A stretch of 64,000 bases of DNA, from the NCBI GenBank assembly GCA_000384935.1, contig ARRA01000004.1:12834-76833 (forward strand). Direction: 5' to 3'. Below, one piece after another: positions 27,837 through 37,922 of the stretch (the first letter of the stretch is position 1; every line of letters begins with the position of its first letter). This DNA is from a gamma proteobacterium SCGC AAA076-P13 (GTDB taxonomy: Bacteria; Pseudomonadota; Gammaproteobacteria; Magnimaribacterales; D2472). The notes beneath the pieces are model-generated. The model was not told where the DNA came from and made no database searches. It saw only the letters and a list, made by a program, of their open reading frames with translations. A program made the position numbers and the translations under genes.

Positions 27837-29534
27837 ATGAAAAACCTTATTTTCTTTATTGTATTATTTTCTTTTAATACTCTTTCTTCAAATCCAACAG
27901 ATCGAATTGTCATCGCTAAAGAGATAGTAACTTTAGATGATCGCTATCAAAACGTAGATGCTATATTTATTAAGGGAAATAAAATTCATACAGTTGGATT
28001 TAAAGAAGAATTATTAAAAAGATTCCCTGACGTTAAAGTTGATACTGCCAATGAGAATAATATTATTGTTCCTGGTTTTATAGAGCATCATATTCACCCG
28101 TTACTTGCCGGCATTACTATGAACTCTGAGATTGTTGCTATAGATGATTGGGATGTGCCGCATAAAATAAGTGCAGGAGTAAGAGACAGAGAAGGTTATC
28201 TAGATAGACTGACAACTATTGAAAGAAATATGAGTGACCTTGAAAAGCCCTTAGTGAGTTGGGGTTTTCATCACTACTTTCATGGCAAGCTGACAAGGCA
28301 AGACTTAGACCAAATATCAAAAGATAGACCAATATTAATAATACATAGATCATTCCATGAATTTATTATGAATTCTAAGGCCTTAAGCTTATTTAAAATA
28401 ACAGAAGATGACTTGAGTGATCTTAATGAAGAAGAGAAAAAACATGCCAGTTTTGATGAGGGTCATTTTGCCGAAAGAGGCCTAATCGCTGTAATGCCTA
28501 AAGTGATGAAATATATTGCTGCTCCTGAAAGAATAATTGCCGGCCTTCAAATAACAGAAAAGTATGTTCAACAACATGGTATTACTTTGATTGCAAATCC
28601 TGGATCAATGTATGATCCCAAAATACAGCAAGCTAAAAATTATGTTTTTGGTGATGAAGACACTCCTTTTAGATCATTATTTATTCCAAGTGCTTTATAT
28701 ATGTTAGAGCATACTGATATTTCTAATCTTATTGAAGAAACTGAGAAACACTTATCTTGGGGTCAAGGTAAAGTAGAGTTTCTTCCTAAGCACATTAAAC
28801 TTTTTACCGATGGTGCCATGTATTCACAGAATATGGTTTTAAGAGATGGTTATCTAGATGGTCATCAAGGTGCGTGGCTAATGGAGAATGATATTTTTAA
28901 AGACGGTTTTAGACTGTTTTGGGATGCAGGATATCAAATTCATGTTCATCAAAATGGAGATGCTGGTCTTGATAGGCTTTTAGATGTCTTAGATGAAAAC
29001 ATGCAGCGTAATCCTAGAAAAGACCATAGAACCACTGTAGTCCATTTTGGCTACTCAGCATTTGATCAAATAGAAAGAATGAAAAGACTTGGTGTCATTG
29101 TTAGTGCAAATCCATATTATGTTCCTGTTCTGTCTGATTTATATAGCAGAAAAGGGGTTGGATATGAAAGATCACAACAGATGGTAAGATTAGGTGATGT
29201 GAATAGAGCAGGCATAGTCTTATCACTTCATTCAGACATGCCAATGGCGCCTGCATCTCCATTAGTTCTTATGCACTCAGCAGTTAATAGAGTAAATTAT
29301 GCAGATGAAGTGGCTGGCCCCAATCAAAGAATATCTGCTCTAACAGCTCTCAAAGGAGTTACCTTAAACTCAGCATACACTTTAGGGATAGAGGATAATT
29401 ATGGGTCTATAACTCCTGGGAAGTTTGCAAATTTTACTATCCTCTCAGAAAATCCGCTCTCAATTGATCCTCTTAGAATAGATCAAATTAATGTTGAAGG
29501 AACAATAGTTGAGGGAAGGCTTTTTCAAAAATAA
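27837..29534 (+). CDS. exported amidohydrolase (YtcJ-like)
   Basis: PGFIEHHIH, KLFTDGA, HQNGD, HSDMP, GSITPGKFANF. Confidence 0.88.
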   Translation: MKNLIFFIVLFSFNTLSSNPTDRIVIAKEIVTLDDRYQNVDAIFIKGNKIHTVGFKEELLKRFPDVKVDTANENNIIVPGFIEHHIHPLLAGITMNSEIVAIDDWDVPHKISAGVRDREGYLDRLTTIERNMSDLEKPLVSWGFHHYFHGKLTRQDLDQISKDRPILIIHRSFHEFIMNSKALSLFKITEDDLSDLNEEEKKHASFDEGHFAERGLIAVMPKVMKYIAAPERIIAGLQITEKYVQQHGITLIANPGSMYDPKIQQAKNYVFGDEDTPFRSLFIPSALYMLEHTDISNLIEETEKHLSWGQGKVEFLPKHIKLFTDGAMYSQNMVLRDGYLDGHQGAWLMENDIFKDGFRLFWDAGYQIHVHQNGDAGLDRLLDVLDENMQRNPRKDHRTTVVHFGYSAFDQIERMKRLGVIVSANPYYVPVLSDLYSRKGVGYERSQQMVRLGDVNRAGIVLSLHSDMPMAPASPLVLMHSAVNRVNYADEVAGPNQRISALTALKGVTLNSAYTLGIEDNYGSITPGKFANFTILSENPLSIDPLRIDQINVEGTIVEGRLFQK

Positions 29535-29556
29535 AATATTTTTTTAAAGGAGTTTA

Positions 29557-30657
29557 ATTATCTTTGATTTAGTTATTATTGGAGCTGGCGTAATTGGCTT
29601 ATCTATAGCCAAGTACTCAAGCGAAAAAGGCATGTCAGTAGCCGTAATTGAAAAAGAGTCTAGAACGGGTGAGGGTATCTCATCTAGAAATTCAGGAGTG
29701 ATTCATGCCGGCATGTACTATCCGAAATCATCACTTAAAACAAAATTCTGTATCAGTGGCAATAAGCTCTTATATGAATATGCTAAAGACAAAAATATAA
29801 ATCATAAAAAAATAGGTAAATATATTATTGCCTCAAAACCCTCAGAGCTAAAAAGACTTAAAGATATTTATGATCAAGGCATTATCAACGGACTTAATTT
29901 AGAACTTTGCCAAAAAGATAAAACTAATTCGCTTTACCCTGAATTAATAACAGAGGGGGGTATTTTTTCACCAAATACCGGCATTATCGATGTGCCTGAA
30001 TTAATAACCTCCTTAGAGGGGGATATTCAACATAATGGAGGCTTGGTTTCGTTAAATACCGCATTCTTAAAAGCAACACAAAAAGATAACCTTTTTGAAA
30101 TTAAATGTAATGACGGAAAAGACTTTACTATCCATTCTAAAAATCTCATTAACTCTGCTGGCATATCCTCTGAAATGGTCTCAAAGAATATTAAGCCACT
30201 ACATTCAAGACATATACATCCAATAAATTATGCAAAGGGGCATTATTTTAAATATACAGGCCATCATCCATTTAAAACACTAGTCTACCCAGTCTCAGAT
30301 GAATTTACTTCAGGCTTGCATGTTGGATTTGATATAGCAGGGCAAATAAGATTTGGGCCTAGTATAGATTGGATTGACGAGATAGATTATTCTTTTAATG
30401 ACTCCCTTAAGGACCATTTTATAAACTCCATCCAGAGTTATTGGCCAGGCTTAAATCCAGATAAGCTCCAGCCAGACTATGTAGGCATTCGACCAAAAAT
30501 ACAAAATGCAAAAGAGCATATGATGGATTTTTCTATTCTTGACTCTAAAGATCATGGCATTAATGGGCTTATTAATATTCAGGGAATTGAGAGCCCTGGA
30601 GTGACGTCTTGTTTATCAATCGGAGATTATGTCACTAATCTAATTTTAGAAAATTAA
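29557..30657 (+). CDS. FAD-dependent oxidoreductase (L-2-hydroxyglutarate oxidase-like), apparent non-canonical start
   Basis: In-frame FDLVIIGAGVIGL upstream of the first ATG; SSRNSGVIHAG, YVGIRPK, GIESPG. Confidence 0.85.
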   Translation: MIFDLVIIGAGVIGLSIAKYSSEKGMSVAVIEKESRTGEGISSRNSGVIHAGMYYPKSSLKTKFCISGNKLLYEYAKDKNINHKKIGKYIIASKPSELKRLKDIYDQGIINGLNLELCQKDKTNSLYPELITEGGIFSPNTGIIDVPELITSLEGDIQHNGGLVSLNTAFLKATQKDNLFEIKCNDGKDFTIHSKNLINSAGISSEMVSKNIKPLHSRHIHPINYAKGHYFKYTGHHPFKTLVYPVSDEFTSGLHVGFDIAGQIRFGPSIDWIDEIDYSFNDSLKDHFINSIQSYWPGLNPDKLQPDYVGIRPKIQNAKEHMMDFSILDSKDHGINGLINIQGIESPGVTSCLSIGDYVTNLILEN

Positions 30658-30659
30658 AC

Positions 30660-31568
30660 TTAGCTTTGAGTCAGATGCTCTAATAATTTGTTTTTAAATT
30701 GATCTAATATTTCTTCTTCAATTAAGTGTCGCATATTATCGATTACAATCAGTTCACTGTTAGGTATAAGGTTATTCATAAGATATGAATTTTTTACATT
30801 TATTACTGGATCTTTTTTACCATGAACGATAAGAGTTTTTGCTTTTATAGATCGTATTTTTCTTAACCTATTCTTAGAAGAAAGTATCGCAAAAAGCTGT
30901 CTCGCATATCCAAAACCATCTTTGACTCCCTCGGTCCTAATATAGTTATTTATAGTCTCTTCTCTAAATTCAGGAGTATCAACCTTTTTATTCTCCATGC
31001 CTATTAAACCCACCCATTTAATTTCACGTTGATAAACTTCTTCCATAGTTGGATTTTCAAGTAGCGATCTCTCAAGCATCATAGTTCTAACTTCTTTTGA
31101 AGGACCATTGAGAGGCCCAGGAACAGAAGCAGTAGATGCTATTAAAGTAAAAGAACGAACTCTATCAGGGTATTTAGCACAAATGATCTGACTTATCATT
31201 CCTCCCATAGATGTGCCCAGAATATGAGCATTATCAATACCAAGATGATCCAAAACATCAATACCATCTTTAGCCATATCATTTAAGTTATATTCAGTCT
31301 TGATGGGTAGTCTTAAAAAATAACGAAGGTATCCTAGTTGCAGTGATGGCTTCTCTTTAAATCTTGAAGATAATCCTGAATCCCTATTATCAAAAGTGAT
31401 TGGCCTATAATTATTGTTTACTAAAAATTCTATAAGGTGAGGTGCCCAATGAACAAGTTGTGCACCTAAACCATGAACCATGAGAATTGGCTTTGAGCTC
31501 TCTCTTCCATAATCGCGATACATGATTTCTACACCATCTTTTTTAGCAATTCCTTCTCTATAATTCAT
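30660..31568 (-). CDS. alpha/beta hydrolase
   Basis: VHGLG, FDNRDSGLS, GTSMGG nucleophile, HGKKD, H. Confidence 0.9.
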   Translation of the reverse strand: MNYREGIAKKDGVEIMYRDYGRESSKPILMVHGLGAQLVHWAPHLIEFLVNNNYRPITFDNRDSGLSSRFKEKPSLQLGYLRYFLRLPIKTEYNLNDMAKDGIDVLDHLGIDNAHILGTSMGGMISQIICAKYPDRVRSFTLIASTASVPGPLNGPSKEVRTMMLERSLLENPTMEEVYQREIKWVGLIGMENKKVDTPEFREETINNYIRTEGVKDGFGYARQLFAILSSKNRLRKIRSIKAKTLIVHGKKDPVINVKNSYLMNNLIPNSELIVIDNMRHLIEEEILDQFKNKLLEHLTQS

Positions 31569-31652
31569 TTAAATAGTTTCACATATTTTTGTATGCAATA
31601 CATTCCTTTTTCCTATACATTAAGTAAATAAATTATCAAAAAAATTAAATGT

Positions 31653-33002
31653 ATGACAGGCACTGTTAGTAATACGATTCGAGCTGCTTATGGAATAGGC
31701 GACTATGCAATCTGTTTGTATTGGGGTGGCGTAAGTACATTTTTGCTATATTTTTATACTGATGTTGTTGAAATTTCAACCTCAGCTGCTGGAATTATAA
31801 TGCTCATTAGTATGACGTGGGATGCAGTCACAGACCCATTTATGGGATTTCTAGCTGAAAGAACAAGATCTAAAATGGGAAGCTATAGGCCTTATATTTT
31901 TTACGGCTCCATTCCATTAGCCATATCATTTATTTTATTGTTATGGGTTCCTCCTTTTGAGGGCTTTACACTGATTCTATGTTTATTATTAGTAAATTTA
32001 CTCCATAGAACTTGTTTCACCATTGTTAGTGTTCCTTATTCATCCCTTACTGCAAGAATTACTGATAGTAGTGATGAGAGAACAATTCTTACAAGCTCTA
32101 GAATGCTTTTCGCTGCACTTGGCACTTTTTCTGTTGGAACATTGGGATTTCCAATTATATTTTATTTTGGTGGAGGAGATGAGTCAGTAGGGTTTGTATA
32201 TCTTGGAGCTATTTCAGGTTTATTAGCAATTATTATTCTGCAAATTACAGTTTATTTTGTTCAAGAAAGAAGCTTTAAAACTAATAAAAATGGATTACCA
32301 AATTTTATAGAAGTGACAAAATCAGTCTCTAGTAACTTTCCTTTCTGGATAGTCTTTTCAGCAATAATAATTTTGATCTCAACATATTTAATGTTTAGCA
32401 ATAACTTAATTTATTTTACAAAATATGCACTGGGGCTTCATGAATATCAATTCCTTATTCAGCTTGTCCTTCTTGGAACGACTTTGATCACAGTGCCCCT
32501 TTGGGCATATGCAGCATTAAAGTTAGGAAAGAAAAACACATGGTTAATTTCAATGGTAATTTTATTTTTTGGCTTCTCTACTTTTTATTACTATCCAATC
32601 AACAACCTCAATACATTATTATATATTTTAGTTCTTATTGGTTTTGGTAATGGTGCAACTGGAGTTCTTTTTTGGTCAATGCTTCCTGATACTATTGAGT
32701 ATGGTGAGTGGAAGTCTGGCATAAGAACCGAGTCGTCTTTATATGGATTCATGACTTTTGCACAAAAAGGATCCATAGCAATCTCGTTATTTATATTGAC
32801 TATAATTCTTACCAATATTGGTTTTGAGCCAAATCAAGAACAATCCAGTGAAACAATAAAGGCGCTTAAGAGTTTAATGTCAATCATTCCTCTTATTGGA
32901 GTATGTATAAGTTTTGCTTTGCTTTATTTCTATCCTATAGATAAAAATTTCCATGAAAAATTAATTCAAGATATTGAAAACAGGAGAGCATTAGATGTCT
33001 AA
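31653..33002 (+). CDS. GPH-family (MelB-like) glycoside:cation symporter
   Basis: AYGIGD, WDAVTDPFMG, RPYI, PYSSL, PDTIEYGEWKSG; multiple TM helices. Confidence 0.9.
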   Translation: MTGTVSNTIRAAYGIGDYAICLYWGGVSTFLLYFYTDVVEISTSAAGIIMLISMTWDAVTDPFMGFLAERTRSKMGSYRPYIFYGSIPLAISFILLLWVPPFEGFTLILCLLLVNLLHRTCFTIVSVPYSSLTARITDSSDERTILTSSRMLFAALGTFSVGTLGFPIIFYFGGGDESVGFVYLGAISGLLAIIILQITVYFVQERSFKTNKNGLPNFIEVTKSVSSNFPFWIVFSAIIILISTYLMFSNNLIYFTKYALGLHEYQFLIQLVLLGTTLITVPLWAYAALKLGKKNTWLISMVILFFGFSTFYYYPINNLNTLLYILVLIGFGNGATGVLFWSMLPDTIEYGEWKSGIRTESSLYGFMTFAQKGSIAISLFILTIILTNIGFEPNQEQSSETIKALKSLMSIIPLIGVCISFALLYFYPIDKNFHEKLIQDIENRRALDV

Positions 33003-34998
33003 AATTCGTTGGGGTATTGTTGGAAATGGAAGCATAGCTTCAGCTTTTGCGCATTCTATAAAATACTGCCAATACTCAGAATTAATTGGAGTGTATGGAA
33101 GGAATGATGACAAGCTTAATAGTTTCTCATCTAAATTTGATATTAAGCCATATAAAGATATAAATGACTTGATTGCCTCAAAAGAAATAGATGCTGTTTA
33201 TATAGCAACTCCACATAGCAGTCATTATGAATATTCATTGCTAGCAATCAAAAACAAAAAACACATTCTTTGCGAGAAACCAATGACAATAAACCATCTT
33301 GAAAGCATGGTTTTATTAAATTTAGCCAAAGAAGCAGAAGTATTCTTGATGGAAGCTTACATGTATAGGGTGCATCCACAAACATTCAATATTCTTGATA
33401 ACCTATCTATTTTTGACAACAAAAAAAATAAGATAACGATAACCAGTTCTTTTGGTTTCTCTGCTGATCTGCCAGAGTCGCACAGATTAAGAAATCCACA
33501 TATGGGAGGAGGAGCTATCCTTGATGTTGGTTGCTACCCATTATCAATGGCAAAACTTATTGCTGGAAGACTCAACGGATTGTCTTTCGCTGATCCAGAG
33601 ACCATTGATGCCAAAGGAAGGCTTGATTCTACTGGTGTTGACCTTCAATCTGAAGCTAGCATAGTTTTCTCAGGCAATGTAGAAGCATATATTAAATGTG
33701 CTATAGATGAAGATTATACTAATGATTTAAAAATTTCTGATGGCAGCATAGATCTAGTAGCCAGTCAGCCATGGCACTGTGGTCAATTTCAAGATGGGAA
33801 TTCATCAATAGAGTTATATAAAGATGGAAAATTATATAAAGAAATCTCTTTTAAGGATGAAGTGGGATTATTTACTAGAGAAATTGACCATGCGTCTGAA
33901 TGTATATTAAATAATCAATTAGAGTCTCAGAATATTTCTCACTTAGATTCGCAAAGCAATATGCTTTGGCTAGATAAATGGAGAAAATCATTAGACATTG
34001 CCTGTCCCTTCAGCCAGCTTGAAGATTCCCCAGTTTCAAAATCAAGATTTTACTTAATCCAAAAATCAAAATTACAAGAAACGCCGCTTATTGGAGTTAA
34101 TAAATTAGGTTCTAGATTGGCATTAGGTTGTGATAATCAGACTTCTGCCTTACATGCATTTACGATGTTTGATCACTTCTATGGATCAGGCGGAAGAATT
34201 TTTGATACGGCATATATTTACAATAATGGAAAAGGTGATAAATATTTAGGGGATTGGATTAAGTCAAGAAAAGTTGAAGATGAAATTATAGTGCTTGGAA
34301 AGGGCGCCCATACTCCTGAATGCTCTCCTGAATTTATAAGGCCACAGATCATAGAATCCTTAGAACGTTTACAAATTAATAAAATAGATATCTTTTGCCT
34401 GCATAGGGATAATCCAGATATACCTGTAGCAGAGTTTATGGATGCACTAAACGAAGTCAGGTCTGAAGGTTTGATAGGATCTTTAGGGGCTTCAAATTGG
34501 GAGCTCGATCGTTTTTCAGAGGCGCGTAACTACTCTGCATCTAACAACAAAGCAGCATTTAGTGTTTTAAGTAATAATTTCAGTCTCGCCGATATGATTG
34601 ATCCCGTCTGGCCTGGATGTGTTGGCACTAATGATAGCTACTTGAATTATCTTACAGACAACAAAATTATGCTTTTTCCGTGGTCAAGCCAAGCAAGAGG
34701 ATTTTTTATAAAGAAAAAAGAAATTACTTCCAATGAACATTTTTCAAACCCATCTTTAGAAGAGGAGATAAGGGTATGGCATGATGAAAAAAACCTTAAA
34801 AGAAGAGAAAAATGTTTTGAAATTGCCAAATCGAGAAATGTGCAACCAATTCAAGTTGCTCTCGCTTATGTAATTCAAAAATCTCCTTTAATATTTCCAC
34901 TCATTGGACCAAGGACTGTTATGGAAACTGATAGTTCTATTGCAGCTGTCCAATTAAACCTATCTAAAGAAGAAATGAACGAGCTATTTATAAATTAA
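32995..34998 (+). CDS. Gfo/Idh/MocA oxidoreductase fused to aldo-keto reductase
   Basis: N: RWGIVGNGSIA, YIATPH, LCEKP, GGGAILDVGCY; C: FDTAYIY, LHRD, GASNW, PLIGPR. Confidence 0.88.
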   Translation: MSKIRWGIVGNGSIASAFAHSIKYCQYSELIGVYGRNDDKLNSFSSKFDIKPYKDINDLIASKEIDAVYIATPHSSHYEYSLLAIKNKKHILCEKPMTINHLESMVLLNLAKEAEVFLMEAYMYRVHPQTFNILDNLSIFDNKKNKITITSSFGFSADLPESHRLRNPHMGGGAILDVGCYPLSMAKLIAGRLNGLSFADPETIDAKGRLDSTGVDLQSEASIVFSGNVEAYIKCAIDEDYTNDLKISDGSIDLVASQPWHCGQFQDGNSSIELYKDGKLYKEISFKDEVGLFTREIDHASECILNNQLESQNISHLDSQSNMLWLDKWRKSLDIACPFSQLEDSPVSKSRFYLIQKSKLQETPLIGVNKLGSRLALGCDNQTSALHAFTMFDHFYGSGGRIFDTAYIYNNGKGDKYLGDWIKSRKVEDEIIVLGKGAHTPECSPEFIRPQIIESLERLQINKIDIFCLHRDNPDIPVAEFMDALNEVRSEGLIGSLGASNWELDRFSEARNYSASNNKAAFSVLSNNFSLADMIDPVWPGCVGTNDSYLNYLTDNKIMLFPWSSQARGFFIKKKEITSNEHFSNPSLEEEIRVWHDEKNLKRREKCFEIAKSRNVQPIQVALAYVIQKSPLIFPLIGPRTVMETDSSIAAVQLNLSKEEMNELFIN

Positions 34999-37426
34999 TC
35001 TGATTGGACAGACGAATATCTTTTGAAGAAGCTCCAATATGGATATTGTAAGATCCTTGTTTAACTTCCCATTCTTTTTTATCAAGACTCCATTCACTAA
35101 AACTTCTAGCATTTAATATAATTTCTACTTCTTTTTCTTCTTGAGGGGTTAGAAAGATTTTATCAAACCCTTGAAGTTTTTTTAAAGGCTCAGATGGAGC
35201 CTCAACAGTATGCTCCACATAGCATTGTGAAATTTCAGCACCTGAAACATCTCCAGTATTTTTTATAGTAAATTTACATGAAATTAAATTATCTTTAAGC
35301 TCATCAATTACGAGATTAAAGTATTCAAATTTTGTATAGGACAGCCCATGACCAAAAGGGTATTGTGTTTTTATATCTTTCTTTTCATACCATTTATAAC
35401 CAACTAGAAGCTTCTCATCATAATTCATTTGTAAATCTTGTCCTGGGTATGAGGAAAAAGCAGGGGTATCTTCAATATTGATAGGAAAAGTTGAAGGTAA
35501 TTTGCCTGAGGGGCTTACATCTCCAGTAATAATATTAGCGAGAGCATTTCCAAACTCCTGACCTGGATACCAAGCTTGAATAACACTTTTAACTTTATGA
35601 ATCCAAGGCATTTTAATTGGTGATCCGGTATTCAGAACAAGAATAGTATTTGGGTTAACACCAATAACAGCATCAATTAATTCATTTTGTTGAGAAGGGA
35701 GGTTAAAGTCATTTCTGTCATTACCCTCGGTCTCCCAGTCTGAATTAGTCCCTACGACCATAATTACCTGATCAACTTCTTTTGCTAATTGGAGAGCTTC
35801 ATTAAATAAGTCCACTTTATCTGGAGCCTTACATCCAATGTATATAGCAGGGAAGTTGCCTTCAAACTTATATTGTATTTCTATCTGATACTTTTTAGCA
35901 TTTTCCAATTTAGCCATTCCTCTCCTGGAAGCTGTGCCAAGTGCAAAAAATGCATCACCTGGTTCGGTATTGCTCCAGTTATCTATGATTTCCTCACCAT
36001 CTATTAAAAGTTTACTTTTTCCGATGGCAAAGATTTCGAATTCATGCATACCAGTAATATCTGGTGAATATGTACAAGAGAATTTTACAAAAATATCAGG
36101 TCTCTCTTCTTTAGCTATTATATCTTTAGCAAATCCCTCAAGAGCCCAAAACTTATTTCTTAGTTCATACTCTTGAGATATAAGTTTTTTTTCATCATTA
36201 GCAGTATTAAAGTATTCAACTAGAAATTTATTTTTTTTATCGGAACCAGCCTCAATTAGATCTGCATTAAATATTGGAAGATATTTATGTGTATGACAGC
36301 CTTTGGAGTACTTAATATCAACTGAATCCCCAATCTTGCTTTCCAATGCCTCAAGTGGGTGCGATTCATAATAAGATTGGAGATGGGCACTACCTCCGCC
36401 AATAATTTGAGCATTTTTTGCATTAGGCCCAATAACACCCAAGGATCGTAAATTATTTTTAAGCGGCAAAAGCTCTTCATTTTTTAAAAGTACCATACCC
36501 TCTTGAGCTGCCTCTCTAAGCAAGATGCGTTGTGCTTCATTATCATTACTATTCTCTGATTTAATTTCAGGATTATCGAATCTTTTTGTAAAAGCTGCCA
36601 CATGAAGAATTCGTTTTACTTTGTTATTGATCTCTTCAATTAAAACTGAATTGTTGTCTACTTCATCTTGAAGCAATTTACCCCAGCTTTTTGCAGGACC
36701 TGGCATCTCAAGATCTAACCCGCCATTAGCATTTTTAACTGTCTCTAAGGCTGCGCCCCAGTCACTAACAACATAACCATCAAACCCCCATTCCTGTTTT
36801 AAAATATTGATTAACAAGTCTTTATGAGAGCTACAATAAATATTATTAAGCTGATTGTAGGCACTCATGACAACTTTTGCGTTTGCTTGTTTTATTGCCA
36901 TTTCAAAAGGAAGTAAATAAATTTCTCTCAGTGTTTTCTCATCGATGTTAGAACTCACCGTATATCTCTCATACTCTGTATCATTTCCAACAAAGTGTTT
37001 TAAGCAAGCAGCAACATTTTTGGATTGAACCCCATTCACATAATCAACTGCAATTCTTCCAGTAAGATAGGGATCTTCAGAGAAGCTCTCAAAATGCCTA
37101 CCACCTAGAGGGTGTCTATGAATATTTATTGTCGGCCCTAGTAAAACATCGACATCCTTTGCTTTAGCTTCCTCCCCTAATTCAATACCTAAACGATTAA
37201 TTAAGCTCATATTCCATGTTGAACCAAGGGATATAGCGCTTGGAAAACAAGCAGAGGCTTTACCTGAATTACCATTACCTCTAACCCCATTAGGTCCATC
37301 TGACATTTTTATACTTGGGATATTCAATCTTTCAACTTTGTTCGTGTGCCATGCATCGAACCCACTTAGCAATAAGATTTTTTCTTCAAGGGTTAGTTCA
37401 TTTAGTAATTTTTCTATATTTGGCAT
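34988..37426 (-). CDS. GH3 beta-glucosidase with PA14-like insert and Fn3-like tail
   Basis: SDGPNGVRG, GRHFESFSEDP, KHF, VVSDWG, VLLKN, YPFGHGLSY. Confidence 0.93.
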   Translation of the reverse strand: MPNIEKLLNELTLEEKILLLSGFDAWHTNKVERLNIPSIKMSDGPNGVRGNGNSGKASACFPSAISLGSTWNMSLINRLGIELGEEAKAKDVDVLLGPTINIHRHPLGGRHFESFSEDPYLTGRIAVDYVNGVQSKNVAACLKHFVGNDTEYERYTVSSNIDEKTLREIYLLPFEMAIKQANAKVVMSAYNQLNNIYCSSHKDLLINILKQEWGFDGYVVSDWGAALETVKNANGGLDLEMPGPAKSWGKLLQDEVDNNSVLIEEINNKVKRILHVAAFTKRFDNPEIKSENSNDNEAQRILLREAAQEGMVLLKNEELLPLKNNLRSLGVIGPNAKNAQIIGGGSAHLQSYYESHPLEALESKIGDSVDIKYSKGCHTHKYLPIFNADLIEAGSDKKNKFLVEYFNTANDEKKLISQEYELRNKFWALEGFAKDIIAKEERPDIFVKFSCTYSPDITGMHEFEIFAIGKSKLLIDGEEIIDNWSNTEPGDAFFALGTASRRGMAKLENAKKYQIEIQYKFEGNFPAIYIGCKAPDKVDLFNEALQLAKEVDQVIMVVGTNSDWETEGNDRNDFNLPSQQNELIDAVIGVNPNTILVLNTGSPIKMPWIHKVKSVIQAWYPGQEFGNALANIITGDVSPSGKLPSTFPINIEDTPAFSSYPGQDLQMNYDEKLLVGYKWYEKKDIKTQYPFGHGLSYTKFEYFNLVIDELKDNLISCKFTIKNTGDVSGAEISQCYVEHTVEAPSEPLKKLQGFDKIFLTPQEEKEVEIILNARSFSEWSLDKKEWEVKQGSYNIHIGASSKDIRLSNQINL

Positions 37427-37502
37427 GATGCAATGGTAAAGGCTTATTTCTTTATCTTCAATTAAGAATTTTTTTTTAAAAGTCTGTTACCATTCATTTA
37501 TT

Positions 37503-37757
37503 ATGATTGAAAGAATAAAAAAATCTGTAATGCTATTTAATGCGCCCATCCAAAGAGTGTATGAAGCCAATCGCGGAACAATTATTAGAACTGTCATTTA
37601 TACCATTGGCCATTTTGTCATTGCTGCTGCTTGCGTGATGTATTTCACAGGTGCAGAGTTCTCAGATGCAATAACTGATGCTATTGTGGAGCCACTTTTA
37701 AATAGTGTTTGGTATTTTGTTTTAGATAAATTTTGGGCCAGTCGATACCCTCAATAG
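37503..37757 (+). CDS. DUF2061-like small membrane protein
   Basis: RTVIYTIGH..EPLLNSVWYFVLDKFW. Confidence 0.6.
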   Translation: MIERIKKSVMLFNAPIQRVYEANRGTIIRTVIYTIGHFVIAAACVMYFTGAEFSDAITDAIVEPLLNSVWYFVLDKFWASRYPQ

Positions 37758-37829
37758 CCCAAGAATTCCTCTTTTTTTAGTGTAATTTTTTTATATACAA
37801 AACCACATATATGTCTTTATAATTCACTT

Positions 37830-37880
37830 ATTCGTGATTTGATCCTATTGCTGCGAATTAAAAGAAGAGCTAAAATGGAA
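37830..37880 (+). ncRNA. SAM-II-like riboswitch
   Basis: P1 ATTCGT/GCGAAT enclosing GATTTGATCCTATTGC, followed by AGCTAAAATGG; mirrors SAM-II UGAUUUAACC..UUGC..AGCUAAA; TATAAT at 37818-37823; precedes a methionine-forming methyltransferase. Confidence 0.75.
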
Positions 37881-37922
37881 TAATTTCCGGGATTTAATTT
37901 AAAACTATTTAGGAGAAAAATC

